A stretch of 64,000 nucleotides of DNA from Octopus bimaculoides. Its lineage: Eukaryota. Both the position numbers and the translations under genes were made by a program. The notes under the pieces are model-generated. The model made no database searches and was not told the origin of the DNA. It saw only the letters and a program-made list of their open reading frames with translations. The stretch is from positions 18,040,848 to 18,104,847 of the forward strand of contig NC_069003.1 of NCBI RefSeq assembly GCF_001194135.2, written 5' to 3'. Positions 38,903 through 50,884 of the stretch are shown here, one piece after another (within the stretch, counting starts at the first letter, position 1; each line of letters starts with the position of its first letter).

Positions 38903-40862
38903 GTTACACTCAACCTCATTTTGCCGTAATATACTCCTACACTATGTCTAAGTTGCTAATTATATTAGTAATAAACAACAGCAACTCACTCCAGTTGTTT
39001 TAATTTAATAAACGGTGAAAAATAAGGGAGGGGGCAAGGTCTTAACCTATTCTTGCCGATTTAAATGACTGTCACAAAAGAACTTTTCAAGTTTCGTTTC
39101 TTCAGCAAAACCTGTTGATTAGTCAGCAACTAATCGCTTTCACAGAGATCTTTAAAAGGCACGACTTGCAAAATATACACACACACACACACACACACAT
39201 ATATAAACGCATGTCTATTGCACGCCCTGCAAATTTCAATGGATCCAGTGAATACCAGTAATATACTCAGATATACACACACTTCAATATCTCCGTCTAT
39301 ACACATAAAATATTAAAACCTTCCATTAAATAGTTAATCCAAAATACTCAAGATGACAATTACTAGAGTGATAGACCTAATCCATCGCCCGGTTTAACAC
39401 CGCCTTCTCGTGCTTGGATGTACTACTGCATTTGGTAGAGACCACTCTTTTGTATGTATTCAAATCAGATCTTTAGATTAAAAAGATACTTCATTTCTCT
39501 CTCTCTCTGACCAGTTTCAGAGGTCCCTAAAAGTATCAAAGGCATTGCTTTTCCCTATACCTAAAAGATAAACAGACAGAATTTAGAACCCAGATCAACC
39601 CTGATTAAGCGAACCCATGATCAAAAGCATAGCAGCCACGAACCATCCTTTCTTTTTACACTATATACAAAAGTGTAACTTTTAAATGGATTCCGCTACT
39701 TTTTTTTAAAGGTATAAGTAGAGAAAGAGAGATTTGGCTGCTGTTTCTAGCAGTGGAGATGGCCCGAACAATTGTATTTATTGTACTGGAAGAATCCAGA
39801 TTGAATCTATCATAGTAAACTACTGAAGCGCACAAAAACAGTTTCACAAGGGAGGTGGAGAGTAGGCTAGGTGATAAAAAAACCCAGTTTAGAAAGTCTA
39901 TCTATGGAGGAATTGGTCAAATAATAACACTAACCAAATAACTGATCTTTCACAGAAATCGATCAACGAACAGTATTGGTTGTATTGAATGGAAATAATG
40001 AATATATACAGAATAACCATCACTGATCGGGTATTATCACTACAGCTCAGTTTATAGTAAACAAACGAATTTATAAATAAGGCAAAGGCAAAATAAAACG
40101 AGATGTGGAGCTAAGGTTTTAAAATATATGTGTAGCAGATGTGAAAAATGAGTTTACGGAAAAGGAAAGAAAAACAAAGCCGAAATCTAAAGATTGAAAA
40201 ATACGCGAAATATATAGAGAGGAAGCTACCCGGAATAGGCAGACATTTTAGACTAAGAATTTTAACAACTGTTAGAACTGTGGTGGAATTGTAGCGATGA
40301 TGAAATAGACATTAACTGAAATAAGAAACGATTCTAAATAGTTTTTAAAAAATTAACCCCCAATATATAAATAACTTCATTTATTGCAATCTCAAATATT
40401 TCTTAATGCAAACGGAAGCTCATGTCAATACCCGGTAATAATGAACAGACATTTATTTATAAAACGATACCTGGGTATATTTATGGAAATGTTATAAATA
40501 TAATATAAAGCTACTTCAGAATACACTGAATTATATTTAAAATAGTAAAAATACAATCTAGTTTCGGTAAAAATCCAATATTTTTTCTTTGTTAAAATAT
40601 TAGAAAGCCAAAATCTGCAATGATTGGCAGATAATTTATATGAAATTATGAGGATAAAAAAGAAAAACTGTTGACGGAGGAAGATCATATATAAATAGAA
40701 TCAGGTCGAGTCAGGAGAGAAAATATATTAGTCGGGGGAGGGTTATTTTCGGCAAATGATGTAAAAATGATTGCAGTTTTGCAGTCACCAAGCTAAATGT
40801 ACCACAAACAAAATTGCAGTCGGGTTTTTATAAACGCATATTTGTTAATGACTTAATTTGTG

Positions 40863-40912
<50 letters not shown>

Positions 40913-41350
40913 AATACACATACTCAATAAGGTAGTGTTCTATGTCTATATTAATGGTTTGGTGCTAAAACTCTAATTAAAGTTATAATTAGCAGCAAGA
41001 GCTTTGATTAAAGGGGTATTATTAACAGACACTGAATGCATAGTTTAAATTTAATTAAGTAAAAACAAAAACAAAAAACCCGCTGTTATATTGATGTGAC
41101 TTCAGTGAGTCTGACTATAAATACTAAGATTGCAGAAATATATATTATTTTCATTATGAAGAAGTACTAGAAATGAACAGACAGGTAAATACCATCTCAA
41201 TGAATATTGCTTTAACTATCCTATATTTAAATTGGCCTTTTGATTGAGCATTTACTCGTGGATAGCACATTCATTATGTGTATTCTTAAATACAGGTAAA
41301 AGCGCAGTCAAAATACTAATTTGAATTTAGGACTGAAAAAGCGAAGTACG

Positions 41351-41398
<48 letters not shown>

Positions 41399-41510
41399 CA
41401 TACAATAGTGAGATACAGTACAACTTAGGTGTTTAAATTCAAAAGGGAAGTCGATAAAAAGTTTTTTTTCTCTCTAAACAAGGAAATATTTAAGAGAAAT
41501 CCCAACTTAC

Positions 41511-41929
41511 TTGGTAAGCCATTCATCGGCCTCGGCCTTGTATTTTCCCGATTCTATTTGTAAACGTGCTTTCTCCTTAGCCATTTCATCCAGCAGTTTC
41601 CTGGCATCATTCAACTCAGACTCGTACAAAGATTTGATGTTTGTTACCTCACGAGATACGGTTTCCTCGGACGACCGAACCTGAACCATCAACCGACTAT
41701 TCTCGGTTTCCAATTGACGCACCCGATCGATGTAATTAGCAAGACGATCATTTAGACTCTGTAGTTCTTCTTTCTCTTGGATACGAGAGAGCCTAGCCGG
41801 GGATGGAGCCCTGCCCCGACGGAGAAACGACGACGAGCCGCTCGATGTACCGGCACCCTCTGCTTCCGCAGACATTCCAGACGACGATATTGTCGTGGTG
41901 GTGATGGTTTTACGTGTTTTCGATGACAT
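41511..41929 (-). CDS. Lam: Nuclear lamin, coding exon 1 (head, coil 1A, start of coil 1B)
   Basis: ORF MSSKTRK...[38 protein letters not shown]...[10 protein letters not shown] carries the lamin CDK1 site (SP.R.SR) and the IF helix-initiation motif LNDRLA.YI. Donor AA|GTAAGT, phase 2, 419 nt. Confidence 0.97.
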
Positions 41930-42253
41930 TTTGTCTTATGGATGATCAAAGAAAATGTATTTGGTTTCTTTTTTTGTTTCCAAAATTACTCAAGAGTTGT
42001 CTATTTTAGCAGACAATGATTCTGGGATTGGAGTGCGATGTAAAAGTGGAACGGCTCACGGGTACCATAGAAAAACGATAAACGTGCAACCCAAACTTCA
42101 CGACTCAATTCAGTCTGGAAGAAGTTTTGGTTTTCTACAAGACTGCTGCCACGTGTGAAGAAAATGTCAATTAATCGAAGACAGCTAAAGTCTGTTTGCA
42201 AGACTTTACAAAATCTCCAGCTGCACCAACACTAAACAATCATCAATTAGTGC

Positions 42254-42291
42254 AATATGGCGGGGCACATGCGCGCCTCGTGTCACGTGAT
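42254..42291 (-). promoter_or_regulatory. Probable lamin core/proximal promoter
   Basis: CpG-rich cluster about 330 nt upstream of the ATG: YY1-like AATATGGCGG (42254-42263), GC box GGCGGGGC, NRF1-like GCACATGCGCGC and palindromic E-box TCACGTGA (42283-42290). The TSS is not determined. Confidence 0.6.
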
Positions 42292-43004
42292 AAAACCGGC
42301 AACTTCAGCACGCTCACTCTCTCTCTTTCCCTTTCTATCTTCCTCTTTCCTTCTTTCTCCCCATTTTCCCTCTCGTTTATATGGATCATTCTGTCTGTCT
42401 CTCTCTCTCTGTGTCAGTAACTAACTTCCTCTCTGGTTATATCACAACCCGCTTCAGTCTCTCACTCTCTCTCCGTCCTTATACCACAGACCTTTTCCTC
42501 TCTGGTTATTGACACCTCCCTCTTTCTCTTTCACTCTTACCTCCGCACTGATTATACCATTGCCTTTTCGCTCTCTTTCTCGCCAGTATTCGCTCTTGTG
42601 TATATCATTGCTCTCTCTCTCTCACTGTTACCAATTTTCTCTCTGGTTATACCAGTCTCCTCCTTCTCCTTCGTAATATATACATCTCTGTTTTTCTCTT
42701 TTACCCAACATTTTCATTATATATACCACAACTCTCTCTCTGTCTCATATTTCCCTCTCACTCTTACTCTGTCTTTCTCTCATTCCTTTCCCTCTCTCTT
42801 TTATCAACTTCTGATATCACACTCTCTCTACCATTCCCTCTGGTTATATATTAGCTCCCTGTCTGTCTGTCTGTCTGTCTCACGCTCGCGCACACTTCTG
42901 GTTAAATAGTCTCTTCTCTTTTTCTAGTTAACACTACACTCTTCCCCCTCCCGAGTTACACTACATCTCTCTCTCTCTCTTCTGTCTTGCCTTTTGTTAT
43001 AAAC

Positions 43005-43044
<40 letters not shown>

Positions 43045-43577
43045 TCTGTCTACCTCTGGTTATGAATATCTATCAACTGGATGTGTAGATAAATTTAGCC
43101 TTCTTTGATATAGAATAACAGACTAACAAATCACTGGTATCACAAATAGCCAGTAGGTGGGTAAAAATTCATTATTAGCAATGGAAGCAGTATTTGTTCA
43201 AAATAGCATTCTGTATATCTTAACGTGGATGCTTGCACCTGATGATACTCAAAGATGCAGAAATCTGAATTAAGCGATTCTACCGCTGCCACTTGACACT
43301 TTTTGTTTGCTACTGAATATAGATCTGTGCTTTTTAACACTATACACCTATAAGCAATGCTTTCTTGAGGTGAATACCACAGTTTTTTTGTTTGTTTTAG
43401 CTTTCTACAGTTTATCCACATTAAAAGTAAAATATACACGTTGTTTAACGTCTGCTTTCCATGCTGGCATTGGTTGGATGGTTTGACTGAGGGCTGGCGA
43501 GCCAGAAGGCTGCACCAGGCTCCAATCTGATCTGACAGAGTTTCTACAGCTGGATGTCCTTCCTAATGCCAAATATC

Positions 43578-43662
<85 letters not shown>

Positions 43663-43717
43663 ATATTTATTATCCATGCTAGCATGGAAGGCAGACGTTA
43701 AACGATGATGATGATCA

Positions 43718-43772
<55 letters not shown>

Positions 43773-43959
43773 TGGCTGTGTGGTATGTAGTTTGCTTCCT
43801 AATCGCATGGATTTGGGGTTCAGTCCCACTGTATGGCACACTGGGCAAGTGTTTTCTCCTTAGCCTTGTAAGTGGATTTGGTTGATGGAAACTGAAAGAA
43901 GCCTTTTGCACACTCACACATTTATATATAAATGATGTAAGCCTATGTAGTGGAATACA

Positions 43960-44560
43960 AACCTGGCAAATTTAAATATTTCTACAAAGATGTGTGGTTG
44001 CTGCAAGTTCTTTAATGTGATTCTTTTCTCAGTTAACCATAATCTGCATTTCCTGCTGCTATTGAAGTAAGCTTGGTACTTCTCTAAGATTTTCCACTTT
44101 ACGTTGTATTTTGTGGTGCTTCCTTTCAGTGGCCAAATGGACATGGCCAGGACTGTGACATTTCATCTCTCTGGAATATTGAAGAACGACTCATAGTTGT
44201 TGTATCTATTGCTCCCACATACTTTCACATATTTGCTTGTCCATTTGGGCCTTTTGATGTTACTTCTGCCTCATACATGACTGTTTCCATATTACAGTGG
44301 TTGTTAAAGGGACATGTGTTACTTCTACATGAGCATCCCACCTCTGACTTAGCCTACCTGCTAATATCTTTTTCTACGTTAGGTGCACAGCTAAAGAAAA
44401 CTTTTAAGGTATGCCTATTAAAAATTTTACTGAGCCTATTTGTATGGGTGATGTGTTTGCCCATCAAGCTGAGGAAAAGCTTACCCATGCAAGATTTTGC
44501 ACTCAAAGAGAAGGATGGTGTGAACCACAACACTTACCACTGGCATTTTCTCTTGGAGGG
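43960..44560 (-). mobile_element. Penelope-like element, 3' part (linker and GIY-YIG endonuclease)
   Basis: Reverse frames give LWFTPSFS...GKLFLSLMGKH...KIFNRHTLKVFFSC, CSCRSNTCPFNNHC...VMYEAEV...YVG and IWPLK...KWKILEK...KCRLWLTEK. Degenerate. Confidence 0.8.
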
Positions 44561-44570
44561 CTTAGGGTCT

Positions 44571-45300
44571 TCATCATCATCGTTTAGCATCCACCTTCCA
44601 TGCTGGCATAGGTGGGATGGTTTGCCAGGGGCTGGCCAAGCAGAAGCCTGCACCAGACTTCTGTAACTGTTTTGACAGGATTTTTACAGTTGGATGCCTT
44701 TCATAACACCAACCACTCAGCAGAGTGGATTTAGTGATCTTTATGTGGCACAAGCACAGGCAAGGTCAATTTTGGAAAGGTTTTTACAGCTGGATGCCCT
44801 TCCGAACACCAACTACTTTACAGTGAGGACTGGATGCTTTTTAAGTGGCACCTGCACTGAGAGGGTCACCAAGTAACTTGCAAGACAAAAATCATTTGTG
44901 AGGAGATGGGGGCATTGGAGGAGGTGATCTTGTGTCAGATGATGAAAGGCTATAGTGAGACAGAGAGACAGAAACAAGTGTCTTTCTGTAGAGGAAGTAC
45001 AAGGTTACCCAGCCAGAGAGAGAGAGAGAGAGAGAGATTAAGAATGAAGACAGAAACAGGTGTGCTGCTGCAAAGAGATACATGGTTACCCAACCTGAAG
45101 GAAGTGCAGGAGAAGGAGAGAGAGAGGGGAAGACTGCATGATATTGATGGTGGCTAAGTGCTGGGCATACTCATAATGGATAGGGATCAGAATATAAATG
45201 GGATGGTTGAGTAAAGGAAGAGAGAGATATAGATGGTGGAAAGTGCTAGGACATATTCTTGAGGCTCGAAGGTCATAATATAAGTGGCAGGATATTGCCA
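44571..45300 (-). mobile_element. RTE-family 3' UTR fragment inserted into the Penelope-like element
   Basis: Begins with a (CAT)n tail and aligns to 4690-4900 and 5718-5830. It separates two collinear halves of the Penelope ORF. Confidence 0.7.
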
Positions 45301-45304
45301 AAGG

Positions 45305-46250
45305 AGCAAGATTAGAGAGTGCATATGGGTGGGGAAGTCTTGTGTATAACTAATCCTTTCATTAAAACCACTGCTGGCCAAAGCTTCATTGTAGTATGGG
45401 GCAGTGGCATAAAAAAATCTCTTTACTTGAAGATAGGTCAGAGGTTCTTCTGCTGAATCCATTTATCAGGTTCTTAAATACTATGGCTGCATGATAGGGA
45501 CTGGTATTAATGTATGACAGCTTCTCATTTGGATTCATAAAAAGTCTATAGGCACCTGACACCAAATCTAAGGCCACATCAAGGAAATCCACTGTTTTCA
45601 GGTTGGTTTCTATTGTGACCTTGCGGCCAAAGGAATTCATAGTATTGGTGAGGTCCTTTCTAAGCATATTTGTGTATGGCCATTCACCCTTCTCGATATT
45701 GCCAGTGCATTGTCTTGTAGAGGCCAAAGCTAGCGGAAAGGACCGTTTTAAATAAATTTAAGACAAAAGAGCCAATAAGATTACAGACATCAGCACTGTC
45801 AAAGACACCCATTGCTACAATAAAGGATCCTTCTGGGTCAGTGCACTTGGCCCAGGCTGATCCCTTACTGAAGAGTTGGGTTTTTCTGGCATGCTTGATA
45901 ATGCATATGACTTATTCACTAACTTCAGTACTGGACATAGTGAAATCCAATGTCTTATACAGGAGCTCACTCAATAGATGGTTAAAAATCCACTATATCA
46001 AATTGGGTGAACCTAGCTCTATCCCTGTTGCTACTGCTTTTAAACCATGTTATGACCATGCTGGTGTTATGCCATAGAGCAAAGTCAGAGGCCCTTCTTA
46101 TGTTGTTATTGATCTTCTTAATCAGCTGTTTGTTCACCTGGTAACTCTCAAATTTTGCAGTGTTAATCAGCTTACAGTTGAGGTTAGAAGCAAAGTTTGG
46201 CTTGTGGTATCTTGACATATATGAACACATTTTTTCCTGACTTATGGATT
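45305..46250 (-). mobile_element. Penelope-like element, reverse transcriptase part
   Basis: YHKPNFASNLNCKLINTAK, WHNTSMVITWF...FTQFDIVDF, KTVDFLDVALDL...YINTSPYH, APYYNEALASSGF. Many stops and frameshifts. Confidence 0.85.
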
Positions 46251-46258
46251 CTTAGACA

Positions 46259-46326
<68 letters not shown>

Positions 46327-47106
46327 CATACACAAACACACACACACACACACATGCAAAAATGGGACAAGAACGCAAAACATTCAGACAGCTAGGTGAT
46401 ACAAAAAAGGGGCAACAAAACATCCAGACAGACAAAACAAGAAAAAACAAGGACAGGTCATTTGGAGTTTTCTTTCCTCAGTCGAGTTCCAGATTATCTT
46501 TGCAATTTTGGCTGGTTATACTCAAGATTGCTCCAATCTGGCCAGCCCCAAGGAAAAACTAAGCTAAGAGCCCTAGATTCCTTGGAAGAAAGCAGCGAAT
46601 GTATACAAAAACAAGGATGGAAAAAAAACAGGAGAAATGGTACATGAATACAAATAACAGGACATTAACAATAGGTATCTTTCGACAAAGGACGAATTAA
46701 ATTAAGTTGGCATGTGTGGACATAAGATTTGACAGGCACAGGGAGGAATATAGATGTTGCATGGATGGTAGTCAAACCAAGAAAGAAAGGTCAGGCTTGG
46801 CCGAACACCAGTCACGTGGGCAGAGAAGAAAGAGAGGGATAGAAGAATTAAGGAAGGGGTGAAAAAAATGAAAGGGAGAGTGAAGTGAAAGAGGAGGGAA
46901 GGTGAGCATGAAGAGAAGGCCAGGAAATGTGAGGGAGGGGGAACGAAAGAACGAAGATTGGAATGAACAAACCCGTGACCCGTTGGGTCATCTGAAAAGT
47001 CTGAGTTTCCCAGAAACAAAGTTTTGTTTTGTGGGTTTTCTTTTTCTTTTCCAGGTTATTTCGCATGCCTTCAATGAATGTGGCATCGAAATCTTGTGTA
47101 AGCGGA

Positions 47107-47222
47107 AAGATTTGGCTGCTATTTCTTGCATTTCTTTCTACCACGTATCAGGTATTTTGGGTCCTTTATTGCAAATAGCTGTTACGTGGTAGCAGGGCGT
47201 GCTAGAAATAGCAGCCAAATCT
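47107..47222. repeat. Imperfect inverted repeat built from a common repeat motif
   Basis: Outer arms AAGATTTGGCTGCTATTTCTTGCA and TGCTAGAAATAGCAGCCAAATCTT, plus inner arms CTACCACGTA and TACGTGGTAG. Confidence 0.8.
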
Positions 47223-47415
47223 TTGGCGTTGAGATACGTTGAATACACTCAAAAATTTCTTTGTAATGGTATTCCCTTGGCTCATCTTTTGCTTTGATTC
47301 TCAGAACTGTCATCCAGATCAGCTGGTTTTGTTCGTTAATTTCCGTAAAAACATTTTTTTCATTTATTTACTTTTGTTTTAAAGTGAAAGATGTATGAAC
47401 ATGCATTTGAAATGG

Positions 47416-47447
<32 letters not shown>

Positions 47448-48130
47448 AAGAGAGAATGAAAGAGAGAGCCACTTACACATACATGAGAACACACACGTTC
47501 ACTCACTCATTCATCACTCTCTCTCACACATGCACACGTGCATACAAAAATGATGTACGCATATGTATTGATGCACGTATACATGACAACACACCCCTTC
47601 ACTCACTCTCTCTCTGTCTTTCTCTCTCTCTGTCTTTCTCTCTCTCTGTCTTTCTCTCTCTTCCTCTCTCACTTCCTTTCTCTGTTTCCCACTCTCTCTT
47701 TCTCTCTCTCCTTCATACACACACGTCCATTTCATATACACGTACATACATCTTTCACTTTCTCATTTCTTTCACTTTAAAACAAAATAAATAATTAAAA
47801 AAAAATTTACGGAAATTAATGAACTCCAAATGATGAACGAAAGATCGACATTCACTTGAAAATAATGATTTAAAAAAAAACATTAAAATATTGTCTGTTT
47901 AAAGAAAGCTAAAATATAAATACTGTACAAGCAACTTACATTTTTGAAATCACATTCTGTTAAAAATATTTTTAAATGATTAAAATATTGTGTACGTCAA
48001 AAAGTCGTTTTTTGTTTTCCTTAGAGAGTGCGAAGATTATGTGTGTATATGTCACAGATAGCGGACGTGTGTTTGTGTTGATTTACATGCCATGACATTC
48101 ATTATATGTGTGTGTACTCTATATGTGTGT

Positions 48131-48256
48131 TGACGTCACAGAAGCTATGTTCGTTTTTGTCATGAAATAACAAACAAAAATTGTGTTTAATCGTTTTTAT
48201 TAGTAAATAGAGATCCAGATATCACAAAAATTTGTACTGCACTGCCGAAGGTAAGT
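48131..48256 (+). promoter_or_regulatory. Candidate promoter and non-coding first exon of a divergent plus-strand gene
   Basis: Perfect CRE TGACGTCA (48131-48138) in a locally CpG-rich zone, followed by a consensus donor GAAG|GTAAGT at 48250/48251. Only tiny uORFs lie in between. Confidence 0.4.
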
Positions 48257-48393
48257 AAGAAAATAAATATGCAAAAAAAATTAAGATAAAATATACTATT
48301 TCTGAGATATTTCAGGTACACACAAACATCCCTAGAGTTTTAGTATTATTAAGATATATATCTCTTTTTTTTTATATATATATGTATATATAT

Positions 48394-48436
<43 letters not shown>

Positions 48437-48613
48437 CATACATATATATATATATATATATATGTATGCATATATGTATATGTATGTATTTTTTTGTTGT
48501 ACACGTTTTGTGATGTCCTGTGACCACATATGCATATATATTTTTTTACAGATAAATTCCTCTATTTGCATAATATCGAGGTCTCTTTCTTTCTTTTGTT
48601 GTCCTTCCTATCA

Positions 48614-48655
<42 letters not shown>

Positions 48656-48687
48656 NNNNNNNNNNNNNNNNNNNNNNNNNNNATATA

Positions 48688-49460
48688 CTAGCAGTATAAC
48701 CCGACCTTGTCCGGGTGTGACTTATTACGCCATCTACGATAAGTCTTGCTAGGTGAAAATCAACTAAAAAAGAAAGCCTTACAGCGAAAAAACCCTTATG
48801 ATGTAAATATGTTCATAATTCAAAAGACGATGAAATTAATAGGGAAAGTCTGAAGGATGTTTTGTGTAACATTATTAAGCGTACGTAAATTTCATCCGTC
48901 TAATTGGCTATAGAAATGCTTGTGCAAAACAACTTTTTGCGCTTCCCTGATTAAACATAGCAGGGTAATCCCTTTTTGCAGGAGCTAGGACAGCAATTTC
49001 TGATGAAGCAATTACTGGCGATCTGTTGCTACACAGTTTTGCCAGAATTCTATCAGATTGGGCAGAAGATGTTGATGCAACATTTTGCATTATGTTCAAA
49101 GAATCTTCTGGAATGTGGTGAATTGCTGCAGTCTGTTGCTGTCTTTTTAAACCGGCTGCTTTCTTTCCCCAGAAAACTCTCTTCTTTGGAGGCATAATCT
49201 ATGTATATATTAAACAGAACAACAAAAGTTATAATAGATGGCAGGGTCGGTACTTTTCACATTTCTAAAACCCTAAACCTAACCCTAAACCCTAACCCTA
49301 AACCTAACCCTAAACCCTAAACCTAACCCTAAACCTAACCCTAAACCCTGACCCTAAAACTGTAACCGTAACACTAACCCTAATCCTAACCCTAACCGTA
49401 ACCCTAACCCTAATCCTGAAACCCTAACCCTGACCCTAAAACCCTAACCCTAACACCCTA
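48688..49460 (-). mobile_element. Helitron-like non-autonomous element (3' end) with a short MPPKKR ORF and a telomere-like array
   Basis: Minus-strand 3' hairpin CCCGGAC-AAG-GTCGGG (48700-48715) followed by CTAG|T (48688-48691). Short ORF at 48908-49195. The 5' boundary is uncertain. Confidence 0.6.
49265..49460 (+). repeat. Degenerate interstitial (CCCTAA)n / (CCTAAA)n array
   Basis: About 30 variant units: CCCTAA, CCTAAA, CCGTAA, CCCTGA. Confidence 0.9.
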
Positions 49461-49558
49461 GTGAAAATCGTGGTATATTTACCAAACATTGATGAACATG
49501 AGTTATATTGTAGTCAATGATTGTGTGTACAGGTAGAAGGGAAGAAATATAAAAGTTA

Positions 49559-49724
49559 CTAGAAACAACAGCCAAATCTCCCTTAAATCACACAAAGTAA
49601 ATGGAATTTAAAAAATCTAATTACTGCACTGTAAACTTCACATCGAAAAAATTCCATTGATGTAAAATTATTTTAATTCCGTTTACTTTGTGTGATTTAA
49701 GGGAGATTTGGCTGTTGTTTCTAG
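49559..49724. repeat. Inverted repeat, 50-bp arms (49/50 identical) around a 66-nt spacer
   Basis: CTAGAAACAACAGCCAAATCTCCCTTAAATCACACAAAGTAAATGGAATT (49559-49608) matches the reverse complement of 49675-49724. Confidence 0.9.
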
Positions 49725-49988
49725 AAATGCGTGCACGTGTTTATATAAGAAAGACACAGAAACTAAATCTTATATCTATAATGTTGATGTGTTTATGTGT
49801 ATGTGTTTATGTGTATGTTGCTGTGTGTGTTTTTACGTTTCTATGTTATGAAAAATATGTTAGAGGTAGAGGAAAGGTATTAAATGAGAGAGAGGAAGAA
49901 GAAGTAAGAGTGAAAAATGTAACCAAGTTAATCTATGACGTTGTTTGTATCACTTTCTCTCTCTCTCTCGCTCTCTCTCTCCCTCTTT

Positions 49989-50884
49989 NNNNNNNNNNNN
50001 NNNNNNNNNNNNNNNNNNNNNNNNNNNNNNNNNNNNNNNNNNNNNNNNNNNNNNNNNNNNNNNNNNNNNNNNNNNNNNNNNNNNNNNNNNNNNNNNNNNN
50101 NNNNNNNNNNNNNNNNNNNNNNNNNNNNNNNNNNNNNNNNNNNNNNNNNNNNNNNNNNNNNNNNNNNNNNNNNNNNNNNNNNNNNNNNNNNNNNNNNNNN
50201 NNNNNNNNNNNNNNNNNNNNNNNNNNNNNNNNNNNNNNNNNNNNNNNNNNNNNNNNNNNNNNNNNNNNNNNNNNNNNNNNNNNNNNNNNNNNNNNNNNNN
50301 NNNNNNNNNNNNNNNNNNNNNNNNNNNNNNNNNNNNNNNNNNNNNNNNNNNNNNNNNNNNNNNNNNNNNNNNNNNNNNNNNNNNNNNNNNNNNNNNNNNN
50401 NNNNNNNNNNNNNNNNNNNNNNNNNNNNNNNNNNNNNNNNNNNNNNNNNNNNNNNNNNNNNNNNNNNNNNNNNNNNNNNNNNNNNNNNNNNNNNNNNNNN
50501 NNNNNNNNNNNNNNNNNNNNNNNNNNNNNNNNNNNNNNNNNNNNNNNNNNNNNNNNNNNNNNNNNNNNNNNNNNNNNNNNNNNNNNNNNNNNNNNNNNNN
50601 NNNNNNNNNNNNNNNNNNNNNNNNNNNNNNNNNNNNNNNNNNNNNNNNNNNNNNNNNNNNNNNNNNNNNNNNNNNNNNNNNNNNNNNNNNNNNNNNNNNN
50701 NNNNNNNNNNNNNNNNNNNNNNNNNNNNNNNNNNNNNNNNNNNNNNNNNNNNNNNNNNNNNNNNNNNNNNNNNNNNNNNNNNNNNNNNNNNNNNNNNNNN
50801 NNNNNNNNNNNNNNNNNNNNNNNNNNNNNNNNNNNNNNNNNNNNNNNNNNNNNNNNNNNNNNNNNNNNNNNNNNNNNNNNNNNN
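49989..50884. other. Assembly gap (other gaps: 5029-5633, 48656-48682, 51380-51485, 55851-56007, 59643-60223)
   Basis: Runs of N, mostly flanked by microsatellites or repeats. Confidence 1.

Noticed and set aside
46440-46700. Hammerhead-like fragments (CTGAGGA and GAAAGATACCTA) in the repeat next to the Penelope RT
   Set aside because: The elements are not in a foldable order with matching stems.
49265-49460. True telomere or chromosome fusion site
   Set aside because: The array is short, degenerate and single-orientation, and it is embedded in TE-like sequence.
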